NCBI GenBank assembly: GCA_050084515.1
Contig: CM114271.1
Coordinates: forward strand, 10,664,001-10,728,000
Source of the DNA: Blasia pusilla
Taxonomy: Eukaryota
Length of the DNA: 64,000 bases
Reading direction: 5' to 3'
Shown here: piece after piece, positions 40,185 through 52,145 of the stretch
Numbering within the stretch: position 1 is the stretch's first letter
Layout of the letters: each line of letters opens with the position of its first letter
The notes under the pieces: generated by a model
Databases searched by the model: none
What the model was told of the DNA's origin: nothing
The model's input: only the letters and a program-made list of their open reading frames with translations
Position numbers and translations under genes: made by a program

Positions 40185-40845
40185 ATGGCAACTCGTCAAA
40201 GTCCGACAGGTTGCATGGCTCCGCCATCCTGTGTCTGTCGCCACGTGCGTGAGCAACCCGTCGGAGACCGACGGGTTGAGCGGCTCCGTCGTCTTCGGAA
40301 AAGAACACGAGGTTCCCGCGCAACCCGTCGGAGACCGACATGTTGCGCGCCTCCGCCATCCTGGGTACGTCGCCACGTGCGCGAGCAACCTGTCGGAGAC
40401 CGACGGGTTGAGCGCCTCCGTCATCTTCGGAAAACAACGCGAACAACCCGCGCAACCCGTCGGAGCCCGACATGTTGCGCGCCTCCGTCGTGTTTGGGAC
40501 GGGAACGGGACGTATCTTGGGAAATCTGTCGGAGACCGTTAGGTTGCACGCTTCCCTCATCAAGGGTTAGGAACTCCGTGCAAGTCGTCGGAGTCTGGCT
40601 GGCTGCACCAGAAGGCGAGGCCCTTGCGCAACCCGTTGGAGGGCGACGGGTTGCACGCCTCGCCGTCTTTGGGCTAAAAGGCGAGGCACCCGCGGAACTC
40701 GTCGGGAATAGACGGTTTGCACGCCTCCGGCATCTTCGGGCAAGAAGGATCGGTATCCGAGCAACTCGTCGGAGAGCGACGGGTTGCTCGCTTTGACAAT
40801 GTTTAGCAGAAGCGTGCAACCCGTCCGATGCCGACGGGTTGCGTG
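40185..40845. repeat. 27-bp palindrome array in the divergent promoter region (copy B)
   Basis: About eleven variants at roughly 60-65-bp spacing between the two TATA boxes. Confidence 0.9.
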
Positions 40846-41041
40846 CCGGCTAGCTTCGGGTAATTTTCGAGTTACCAGGACTCAGCGGGTTCCAAGTGTG
40901 ATGTGCAACCCTCGCTTCCCAAATCGGTAACATATTGCAACAAAATTGAATGTGTTCTGGTGGATCCATTGTGTCGAACAATGTCACCCACCGAATTCAT
41001 CTTGTCAAGTAAAAATCATCAGAGTATCATTTCCTATTCAC

Positions 41042-41048
41042 TATAAAT
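41042..41048 (+). promoter_or_regulatory. Putative TATA box of the transposase gene
   Basis: TATAAAT followed by (ATTCTC)n and ATG 41106; the same layout is conserved in copy D (~57856-57940, minus strand). Confidence 0.5.
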
Positions 41049-41254
41049 TAAATATTCTCATTCTCATTCTCATTCTCAATCTCCTCCGGTTGGAATCTTC
41101 TTAGAATGGATAATTATGTTAAGCTCACTTGTGGCAGTCATCTGGCGGCCCTTCCTCAATCGGAAATCATTCGACCCCAAGCTCGTGAGTCTTTCATAGC
41201 AATGGATGAAAATTTTCTGTCTGTTCGATTTCTTCTTCAAATTGGAACCATCTT

Positions 41255-42269
41255 TGTCGCGACCCTCATAACCAAACAACACCAAATATGCGCCAAGCGA
41301 AACATCAGAACTCAAAGGAACTCACGCCGCGAGGTTTGCGCTTTGGAGAGGCGTTTGGAAGAGTCTCTTGGAAAAGTCTAAGAGACGAAACGTGGAACAG
41401 AGTTGTGCGTTTCATGCGTTAGTGGTCGCGACCAGGAAACCTAGACCAAATGCGAGCCGAGACTTGAGATGAGTTGAGTCTTGGAGGTTGGTTGCCAAAG
41501 AGGTGAGAACCAGTTTGGAACACGGCTAGCGTTTGGGAGAATCTGACTGTGTTTAGGACCATAACGTTGAGCTCCGAGATGCGTTCGGGACAAATAAGGG
41601 CGCGTTGGAAAGCTGATCTTGAGACGCTTCCAACGCACCAAAGATCTCAGCAAACGCATAAGTACAGGCTGAGATATTGGCCGAAAACGATTCAGAGAGC
41701 AATCGGGTTGAGGGCCAGTGAGGGGCAGGTGTCTTTCCTAAATGTAGGGGGCCCCGGAGATCCCCAGAAGTACTAGTAAGGGGAGTACCTTCTCTGAGAT
41801 GTCTCGGGAAACGAAACCCCACTTTGGGCGCCAAACGGCGTTTGAGGCACGGGATGAAACGGGAGTTTGGCGGAAACCCAAACCCAAACCTGATCCAAGG
41901 GAGTGGACTTTTACGCCACACTTGGATTCCAACCCAATTCGCCGTGCGAGTCTTGGTGAGGAACTCATTGGATGTTCATCGGACGATTGGAACCGCTAAG
42001 CGCGAAACGCCGTTTGAGTTCTGAACCGACGAGAAAGTCTGTCCCAAGTCTTTCGAGACTTGCCCGTGTTGGAAACCGCGAAACTAGGAAGGTTGAGCTT
42101 GAAGAGAGAGTCCGAGACGAGAACTCGGAAAGTAATCCCGCTGATTGATCCAAGACCCGACTAACCGAAGTGCGTGTTTGGATGCAGATCAGCGTTGAGA
42201 GCGTGACCTCATCGAACGCACGCTTCCATAACAAACAAGATTAACGTTCAACGAGTAGGCGCCACGACA
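41255..42269 (+). repeat. 5' LTR of the chromovirus
   Basis: Near-identical to 47599-48612. Confidence 0.95.
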
Positions 42270-42686
42270 CGTGGTATCAGAGCAATTCCTTGATGAGTGT
42301 GAACTTGGGGTCGTTGAAGATCTGGACATTTGGGGAGAACTCAAGGTAGCCGGAAAACCGCGACGCCGAGGAGGAACGCAAGAGGCGAGGAGGAGATCTG
42401 AGACAAGGTGACGACTCGCAAATGGCGACCAAGGGCGAAGAACCGAGGAAACCGCGAGTCAAAGCAAAGAAGCCAAGAGACGAATCAATGACGGACGAGA
42501 GCCGGAGGTGGAATTTGCGACTCCCGAAGTGCGAGTCCAGACATAAGGATGTTCCAACCGAAAATCTTTCCGGGACCTTGGTCCAAACTTAAACGATCCG
42601 GCCTTTTATACCCAAATGATGGGATTGATGAAGGTGATGGCGGACCAGATGGTGAACAGAGCAAGGTGATCTCGGAATTCAAGTCA

Positions 42687-45600
42687 AATGGAGCCTCTAG
42701 TTACGGCAAGAAGCTTTGTAAGACTAATTTGCCAACGCCATTCACAGAATGGGGCGTTCTCGGAAAGTGAGCGAGTTTCTACAGTAACTCGAACTCTATT
42801 TCAAGCGCAAAAGGCGGATGAACAAGACAAGGTGATCAGAGCGGTCACGTTTCGAAGGATCACGCTCTCCATTGGTGGACGGCTCACCGGAAAGAACATC
42901 TAGGTCGTGGGAAAACGTTGAGTTGGGAAGATTTCAAGGAGTTGATTGGGAACCGATTCACTCCGGAATATCGAGTACCGCGATGGCATGGAGGTGGTGA
43001 GGTTGCGCCGAGTGGATCACTTGGCGCTTATGTGCGAGAGTTTAGTGCGCTCATGAGTGCACTTTCCACGGACGAACATACTAAAAGGTGATCTTCCTAA
43101 GTGGGCTCAAACCGAGTGCCGAGAAGGCTCTCTTTCGTATGCCTCACATCCCAGAGACGTGCGCGGACCTCTTGAGACTAGCCGAGCGGATTGGGGACGA
43201 TGAAGTCCAACACCCGAAACCCTTTGAGACAAAAAGTTTTTCTAAGTTCTGAGAAGAATAAAGGGACATCCAAGAGGGTTTGGAATGGGGGTGGTGAGCG
43301 ACCACGGAGGGTCTCTGCCGTAAACGAGTGGAACTCAACGCGAAGCCGAAGGGGCCGCCATTTACGAAGTCAACGAATGCCAAAGTGATTTGTTATAATT
43401 GTGGCGAACCCGGGCATATGGCTAAGGAATGTGTGAGGCCCAAGGTTAGTAAACCAAGTATGATTGCGTTTGCCGCTAAGCATTTATCGGAGGGAGATCT
43501 AGATACATCTCTACAAGTCACCAAGAGAACGCCCAATTTGGTTTACCTAGGATCCAAGATTGCTAATCGCGATGTGATGTTGCTCGTTGATACAGGTGCT
43601 TTGCACTCATTCTTGAGTCTGAGAATTGTAAAAACGTTGGGATTGCCAACCACCAAAGCGGATGAACCCATTAGGGTAGGATTCGCGGGAGGAAAATCCC
43701 ACCAGACATCAGATCTGGTTTTAGGCTAGTTGTGAGATGGAGTATTTGAGTTGAAATAAATTTCTGATTTGCGAGATGGACGGTTTTGACGGAGTCTTGG
43801 GAACACGTTCTTGGATGCGTATGAGGTGGAAGGCGAGGCGGAGACCTTTGAGGTTAAGCGTCTTGGTTAACGGCAAAGGGACGGACATCAGATTGGTTCG
43901 TGAGGTGCCTAGAAAGACGGAGTTGGTGAACGCCATCACGAGGACGAGTTTGGCGAGTTAGAGGAAGGATTCCTTTGCTTGATGAGACAGTAGAGGATGA
44001 TGCAAGCGCAAGATGCAGAGATCAGAACTCAGCTTCAAGGAGATCCTGAAACACTCAAGAGAGTTGTGAAAGAATTTGAAGATGTGTTGACTAAGGAGCT
44101 TCCGATCGAGTTGCCACCACATAGGGCGGTTGATCATAAGATTGAGGTGATACGGGATCTCAACCACCTTCAAAGGCACCATATAGGTTGAATCAAGAGG
44201 AACTTGCTGAGTTGAAGAAAGCAGTTGGGTGAACTCCTAGAGAGGGGTTACATCCGAATGAGCAAGTCACCTTATGGGGCGCCCGTCCTCTTTGTCAAGA
44301 AGAAGGATGGGAAGTTGAGACTCTGTGTGTTGTTTATCGGGCGCTGAATAAAGTGACGGTAAGGAATAACTATCCTCTACCGAGGATGGATGACCTCTTT
44401 GATCGATTGTCGGGTGCCAAGTATTTCAGCCGGATTGACCTGAAATCAGGATATTATCAGATTCGCATTGCCGAAGTGGATGTAGAGAAGGCGCTGTGAG
44501 GGACGAGATACGGTTCGTTCGAGTTTGTAGTAATGCCTTTCGGTCTTTGTAATGCGCCTCCGCGTTTACCACTTTGATGAACTCCATCTTTCACAAGAGA
44601 GCGGATGAGTTTGTGATCATCTATATAGATGACATACTCATCTATTCGAAAACACTAGAGGAGCACGCTCGACATTTGAAGACGGTGTTTGAGAAACTTA
44701 GGGGCGAACAAGTCCGTATGCGAATGCGGATAAGAGTGAGTTCGGTTTGCGAAGATCAAGTTCTTGGGGCATGTGGTCGATGCGGATGGAGTGAGTCTAG
44801 ACATGGAAAAGGTGAGCGCGATTGCGAATGGGAACCGCCTTCCACGGTGAAGGGGATGAGAAGGTTCGCTGAGTCGCCTGTCGATTTTACGGACATACGT
44901 GAAGAATTTTTCGGGCATAGTGAAACCTCTCACGGATTGGACCGCAAAGTTTTCCAATACTACATGGACCGAGGAAGTGGATAAAGCGTTCAATCGAGTC
45001 AAAGAGATCCTGGCGCAGAACCGATTTAAAGCGCGGAGTTTGAACAACCGTTCGAGGTGCACACGGATGCTAGTGATTTCGCGATTGCGGGAATGTTGGT
45101 GCAAAAAGGAGACAGAGCATACGATATCAAGAAGATGACCGACACCGAAAGGAGATGGCCTACTCATGAGAAAGAGTTGTTTGCGGTGGTTCATTGCTTG
45201 AGGAAGTGGCGTCACTATTTGGGACTTCACAGGACTCGAGTATTCACCGATAACATATCGCTCAAGTATTTTGAGACTCAGGATCGCGTGACTCCAAAAC
45301 AACTTCGGTGGCATGATACCTTGGCGTTGATGAATGTGGAGCTAATCCACAAGCCGGGGAAAGACAATGTCATTCCAGATGCGTTAAGTCGCAGGGATGA
45401 ACACATGCCATGGACGACACAAGTGTTGAGAGCAATGTTCCCTAATGAAACAGACCTGGAAAGAAGGATTCGTGAAGGATACATGAAGGATGAGCAAGCG
45501 AGGGAGTACCTTGGGAAGTTAAAGCGGGGCGAGAAGGTGGCCAATCTGAGTTTGAGACACGGCTTGCTAAGGTTTAAGCAATGCAGGATCTATGTAGGCC

Positions 45601-46908
45601 AAGGCAAGCTACGGACCAAGGTGTTTGTGGAATGTCATGATGGACCTTTGGCGGGACACAAAGGGGAGAAATCCACTCTTCTTTGTTTTGTCTAAGAGGT
45701 TCTTCGGCCCAACATGAAGGAAGATGTTGCTCAATATGTGAAAACATGCGTGACTGCCAGCGAACGCGTGTCTTATGCGAAGAAACAAGGTTTACTTCAT
45801 CCTTTGCCAATCCCGGAGGGACCCTTGCAAAGCATTAGCATGGATTTCATTACGAGTCTTCCAGAATCTGAAGGATACAACGCTATACTTGTGATAGTTG
45901 ATCGGTTTAGCAAGTTGGGGAGGTTTGTGCCGACGAGAGAGAGTGCGATGGCCTCGCGACTTCCGACTATTCCTGGATGGTTGGTGGCGGCGTCGACGGA
46001 TTTCCTAGGAGCATTGTGTCCGATCGGGATCCGAAGTTTACCGGTGCCTTTTGGTAACATCTATTCGGGAGGTTCGGACCAAACTCAGCTTTAGTACGGC
46101 CTTCCATCCTCAAACGGATGGGCAACGGAAAAAAGTAAACTTCGGTCGTAAACCAATACTTACGGAACTACGTGAGTGCGGACCAAAGAGATTGGGCCAA
46201 GTGGTTAAGTATGGCTGAGTATTGTTACAACTCGACTAAGCATTCTCAGAATCGGAGAATCTCCGTTTCTTCGGCGTATCAAAGAGAACCGAAGGGCCTC
46301 TTGACTTAGCTCTTTCGAAGGGCAATACATCGACACACACTCGTCAAGCAACGGCGGAATGTTTGTTAGTGGAAATGCAGAACGCGAGAGCGGCGAGAGA
46401 AAGTCTCGCCAAGGCTCAACTAAGGTACGTAAAGCATGCTAACAAAAGTCGGTGCCATGTGAGTTTCAAGTTGGGAACAAGTGTGGTTGAGTGTTAAGAA
46501 TCTCACTCTTCCGAAAGAATTGTTATGCAAAATTGTCACCAAGTATCTTTGGACCAGTATGTGATCAAGGCAAGGCCGTTTGAGGATGTGTACACGTTGG
46601 AGCTGCCAAACGAGTTCAAGATTCACCCGACTTTCCATGTGTCATTATTGAAGAAGTATCTTCAAGACAATGTGCGTCCGGAGCGAAGGAGGATGTTGAG
46701 ACCACAACCGGTCATCAGAAATGAGGAACCAGAGTTCGAGGTTGAGACAATTCTGCGTTCCAGACGTAGGGCCACCAAGTACGAGTACTTGGTCAAGTGG
46801 AAAGACTATCATGTGAAAGAGGCGACTTGGATTGCGGAGGCGGATCTAGAACATGCGCAAGAAGCATTGCGTGACTTCAGATGGATGCAAGCAAAGCACG
46901 TGCGTTAG
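42687..46908 (+). pseudogene. Chromovirus gag-pol (knuckle, AP, RT, RH, IN, chromodomain), many small frameshifts
   Basis: CYNCGEPGHMAKEC, LVDTGA, IYIDDILIYS, HTDASDFA, ISMDFITSLP, chromodomain EFEVETILRSRR..EYLVKWKDY..ATW (46525-46908). Confidence 0.92.
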
Positions 46909-47598
46909 TACATGGTGAAGCAATGGACATAACTTGTGATCGGAAATCTTGGGCCGATATTCCGTTGTAACTAGAAAGGTTTAGTTGTTGCAATAAAGAA
47001 GACATGGATTCGGAGATTCGATGCTTGTATTGTAATTTTGAGTTTGGATTGTGCAAGGCAATGAGTAGTTCTTCATATGCTTAGGATGTAAGTCAAGGAG
47101 ACCAAACAATGAGTATTTGAGGTGAGAGCTTGTATTCAGATAAGGCATCTAGATCAGGACCAAGTGTTGAAGTACTAGCATTTGGGCTCGCCCTAACGTC
47201 GGCGGGGCAGATGAGTCTGTCTTGGGGTTTGTGGTGATCTCATTCATGTTTCATGACTGAACTTAGTGACGCGCCTAGGTGGAATACAGGTGACCCAAAA
47301 ATAGTACGAGTTGGCTAGGTAGACAGGCCGTTGTTTACAAATAGTGAGTGAAGTGTTAGGTTGCAGACTTAGTGAGCTTATTTTGATAGTTAGATTAGTT
47401 TGGCGAGTAACTAGTCTAGGCTCATCGAAAGCGAAGCTAATAAGTCTAAGTCGCAAGCGACAAACCTAAGACTTAAGCCAAAAAGAGGAATTGCGGGTTA
47501 GCTACGTAACGCGATTACGTGTTAAGGGTCGGCTTCCCGAACTTAACATCAATAAGGTTTGCGTTGATGAGGACATCAACCTTCTAAGGGAGGGTGAG

Positions 47599-48612
47599 TG
47601 TCGCGACCCTCATAACCAAACAACACCAAATACGCGCCAAGCGAAACATCAGAACTCAAAGGAACTCACGCCGCGAGGTTTGCGCTTTGAGAGGCGTTTG
47701 GAAGAGTCTCTGAAAAGTCTAAGAGACTAAACGTGGGAACGAGTTGTGCGTTTCATGTGTTAGTGGTCGCGACCAGGAAACCTAGACCAAATGCGAGCGA
47801 GACTTGAGATGAGTTGAGTCTTGGAGGTTGGTTGCCAAAGAGGTGAGAACGATTTGGAACACGGCTAGCGTTTGGGAGAATCTGACTGTGTTTAGGACCA
47901 TAACGTTGAGCTCCGAGATGCGTTCGGGACAAATAAGGGCGCGTTGGAAAGCTGATCTTGAGACGCTTCCAACGCACCAAAGATCTCAGCAAACGCATAA
48001 GTACAGGCTGAGATATTGGCCGAAAACGATTCAGAGAGCAATCGGGTTGAGGGCCAGTGGAGGGCCAGGTGTCTTTCCCTAAATGTAGGGGCCCCGGAGA
48101 TCCCCAGAAGTACTAGTAAGGGGAGTACCTTCTCTGAGATGTCTCGGGAAACGAAACCCCACTTTGGGCGCCAAACGGCGTTTGAGGCACGGATGAAACG
48201 GGAGTTTGGCGCGAAACCCAAACCCAAACCTGATCCAAGGGAGTGGACTTTTACGCCACACTTGGATTCCAACCGAGATTCACGTGCGAGTCTTGGTGAG
48301 GAACTCATTGGATGTTCATCGGACGATTGGAACCGCTTTGGAAAAACGCCCGTTTGAGTTCTGAACCGACGAGAAAGTCTCATCCCAAGTCTTTCGAGAC
48401 TTGCCCGTGTTGGAAACCGCGAAACTAGGAAGGTTGAGCTTGAAGAGAGAGTCCGAGAGGCGAGAACTCGGAAAGTAATCCCGCTGATTGATCCAAGACC
48501 CGACTAACCGAAGTGCGTGTTTGGATGCAGATCAGCGTTGAGAGCGTGACCTACTGAACGCACGCTTCCGCAACAAACAAGATTAACGTTCAACGAGAGT
48601 AGGCGCACGACA
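47599..48612 (+). repeat. 3' LTR of the chromovirus
   Basis: Near-identical to 41255-42269; preceded by the PPT. Confidence 0.95.
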
Positions 48613-49789
48613 ATCTTTGTATCCAAAGATGTTAGGGTGGACGGTACGGAAGACATAATAGGTGAGACGGTCCAGCCAGTGACCTCAGACCGTAAAGTAT
48701 GGAATCTCCTACCTCTAGCAAATGGTCAATCTGAGTTTACGGCCCCCTCGAATTCGTCTGTTTCCCAAGTAGACGGTCTAGAATTTCCTAGTGCTCCGAG
48801 CTCTACGTTTGCAACTCCAAGCTCTGCAGATCCGGCTTCGACTCCAACTTCGCACGCTCATAACAATGTTGTTTTTCCAGAAGAGATTCCGGATGTTATC
48901 AACCTCAGTGGATCTGTCAGGCACCAATCGGGCCCTCTATCCGCCTACTCGTTCCTCTTGCGAGTATCAGGCAATAGTTTGCTTTCGTCTCTGCCCTTGA
49001 AAATGTTCAAGCACATTCTTGTCGACAAGCTGACGCCCACGTATGATGGTAATTGCATTTTTGAGTTGCCTCCACTTGCTGCTTTTGCTCAAAAGAAGGA
49101 TGGAGGACGCCTGAAGGGTATGGACAGAAAGTCTGATTGTCATCGATGTGTGAGCTTCAACGGACGGTGCTTCAATTCAGATGGTCCTTGGATTTTCTCC
49201 CGCCGCCAATGCGTGGGAGCCTTGGAGTGTAGAAGTCCAGCATGCTCGTATCTAGAGCGCAACGGGCGAGTCAATACGTCGCAATTCCCTCCCAAGAATG
49301 CAGAAACTCCATACGAGGTCGGTGCCACCATACCGTCGGGAGGCCATCGATGTCTTCATTGTCAGGGATCGCCCTTCTGCGTTGGAGCGTGTCCTGCATA
49401 CATATTTTTCATTGTCCACGAGGATGTGTCTTTGCTTTCCATTGGCAACAGTGTGAGACCCGGTACACCAAATCTTGCATCAAGGAGAATAAGAGGATAG
49501 AGCATGTCACTCTACTCCAACGCTGCAAGGACAGCAAAACCTTGAAGCAGGCCATGGAATGCCAGGAAGAACTTCATGGGTGGTGGAGGAAGCATGCGAT
49601 TGAGGGGAAGTACAAAGAGTTGTGCTCTTGGTTGAGTTGGTGGACTGTACGTATGAGACAATGGGGAAACTTCATGCGGCAGGTGAGTTCACTATTTTGT
49701 CTTGTCAAGCTCACGTTGAGAATTGTTTGTAAAGTTGTAGCTCAGGATGAGAAGCGTGGGAATTATATGGATTTCAAGCCCAAGAAACC

Positions 49790-50135
49790 AAGCAAGTTGT
49801 CGGATGCGACGGGTTGCCCGAGTGTGCAACCCAACGGAAACCGACGGGTTGCCCGAGTGTGCAACCCGACGGAAACTGACGGGTTGCCCAAGGGTGCAAC
49901 CCGACGGAAACCGACGGGTTGCATCCAGATGTTTGGTGTCGTCCCGAGTGTGCAACCCGTCGGGACCCGACGGGTCACAGAGTTGTTCATGGGATGCCTC
50001 GGCCTTGCAACCCGTCGGGTTCCGACGGGTTGCACTAGGTGGGTTTAAGGTTACAACACGTCGTGACCCGACGGGTCGCAGAGTCGTTCATGGGATGCCT
50101 CGGGCCTGCAACCCGTCTGGTTCTGACAGGTTGCT
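49790..50135. repeat. 27-bp palindrome array in the transposase intron (copy B)
   Basis: About eight variants, some in 35-bp tandem units. Confidence 0.9.
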
Positions 50136-52145
50136 TGTTTCTTTGACTCCTGGGTTATTTTCGTTCCCTTTTAACATTGCCGTCGTTGCAGGGATTGAAC
50201 GTTCATGAAAATGCCCTCTGCCCCAACACAAGTGGAGCAGAAAGTGTTGATTCCTCTTGGAGGTCGTCACAAGCATGCCAACGAATTTCACTTGTGGAGG
50301 CATGCCAACAAGACCAGGCAAGAGCAATGCTCTGATCTGCGGCATCCCATATCTTTCTCACAAAAGGCATAACAAAAGGAAAAGGGCCGCCGATCTCACG
50401 AGCTCTATGTCGTATGGCGGTTGTGAGATCTCGGTGATGAAAAATTATATGTCGGAAAGCCTTCAACCGGTGCGTAGTGGAACTCCACTCGAGCAAGACG
50501 TACACATTGGTGGGGATATTCGTGGGCGGGTTTCAAGACGCCCCATCAGATGGTGGTAGAGCGATCCGAGCGAGACTCGTGGAGACCGAGATAAGTATCT
50601 TGACTTGAGCGGTGAAGAGGCAAAGATCGAGGAACGAATCCGGTGATTGATTTGGATGAGGAAATTACACCGCCAGGTATTCGGGGACCCCGAACCCGTC
50701 CCAAATCCGTGATGGAGTTACTTCTCCAAAATCAGTGAATGTTTTATTTCAAAAGCCCTCCGTTGCTGGAAGTTCCCAACATCCTGTCACTCAGGTGGTT
50801 CAACAATATGGGATTCCGGTAATGGAGGTGGATTGCAACCTAAAACGGTGGCATATATCTCGGAGCAACCCAGGACGTGGACCCACCTACAGGGCAGGAT
50901 CTGATGGCATTAGGAGAGCATGCGGCACTTTCCTAAATAAGAACTGTACAAGGACTGGACGACCACTGCATGGGTTTTGGGGACTCAAAACCTTTGATCA
51001 TTTCACGAGGACCGGGGATCAATTGAAGTACTTCTTCTGCCCAAATGAATCTTGCGCTTTCCGGAAGTCTTATCCAGCTGCCATTGGAGCTCCCGGGAAT
51101 ACCCCCACGATTTGGCCCATCGCCGCAGGCACGAACTGCACTCAAGACGAAGTGGACAATCTTGCAAGTGCCGGTTTCAGACTCGTAGACGGGGGAAGTT
51201 TGGAGCATGTTCAGACTGAGACCTTTGATTTTAGTATTCAACCCAAGATTGATGTCAACATGTACCCGGAGAAGGTGGATGATCTCAATCCATTATTTCT
51301 GTTTGAGTCTAGAAATGGGATGAAGAGAAACAGAATGTGTAGGCGAACGGTGGAGAGAGCAAAGCGAATTGCAACAGCTCGGGAGGAAAAAATGGAGATC
51401 ATCGCCATGAAAGATGTCATGAGTGGCAATGGAATAGGAAGGATGTATTGGGTCAGGAACAACACTGTAAATTCAAGTGTCACAGGGGTGTATGTGGTGC
51501 ACATCTGTTGCTTTCCCACATGTTCATGTGATGACTTTGTCCAAAGAGAGACAAGTGGCAAAAGGTATTTCCCTTGTAAGCACATGTACTATGTGTTCTT
51601 TGGTAGTTTTAAGAAAGTCGGAGGTAGGAGTAGGAATCCACCAACCATTGTCCCTCAAAGAAGTGCGAAGTATTTTAAACAAACCACTTTGAGGATGCAA
51701 AATGAGGTTTTAGATTGTACTTTTATTTTTCCTCAACCTTCACTTTGAGCTTGAACTCTATTCAGCCCGGGGCAAATGATAGATTTTTTCCAGACCTTGG
51801 ATGGAAAAAGTGATTGGTTCCACACTTATGATTCCACTGATTTTTTAGTTTTGTAAATTTTGTGCAATTTGCAACTTGTCGGACTCACAGGGGTTGCCAA
51901 AATATGGAAGAGGAAAAAAAAACTGTGGGATTGTTTAATAAATGAACAAAAAAGTGCAAAAAAATTCACACAAAAAGTTTCCTCTCTTCAACCCAACGAA
52001 AACTCTCTTAAAAAAAAAGTATCTATTTCGGTTGAAGGTAGTTTCCTCTCTCCTCTCTCCTCTCTTCCTCTCTCCTCTCTCCTCTCTCCTCTCTCCTCTC
52101 TTCCTCTCTCCTCTCTCCTCTCTTCCTCTCCTCTTACCGCACCTC

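Larger units (their letters stand above)
41255..48612 (+). mobile_element. Full-length Gypsy chromovirus LTR retrotransposon (7358 bp), TSD ATCTT
   Basis: LTRs 41255-42269 and 47599-48612 (TG..CA); TSD 41250-41254 and 48613-48617; PBS TGGTATCAGAGC 42272-42283 (tRNA-iMet type); PPT AAGGGAGGGTGAG 47586-47598. Confidence 0.96.
41106..51748 (+). pseudogene. Copy B MULE transposase (GCM-like zinc finger, SWIM), split by the chromovirus and lacking about 0.8 kb of the DDE core; intron 49683-50191
   Basis: 41106-41254 resumes at 48618; CVGALECRSPAC..CLHC..C; FHWQQ; PNTSGAESV; SWIM YVVHICCFPTCSCDDF..PCKHMYYVF (~51490-51600). Confidence 0.8.
33425..52145. mobile_element. Mutator-like transposon copy B, both ends present (about 11.4 kb without the nested chromovirus), 9-bp TSD CGAGCATCT
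   Basis: CGAGCATCT at 33416-33424 and 52146-52154 (or 8-bp GAGCATCT if the element ends at 52146); the flanks join into copy A's exon; degenerate GA-rich inverted ends; encodes a MULE/SWIM transposase plus the cargo gene. Confidence 0.88.

Noticed and set aside
40104-40819. Many overlapping ORFs with ATRRSPTGC/QPVGVRRVA/NPSESDGL peptides (also at 35.5, 38.2, 49.7, 55.3, 58.4 and 62.5 kb)
   Set aside because: These are translations of the 27-bp DNA palindrome in different frames, not proteins.
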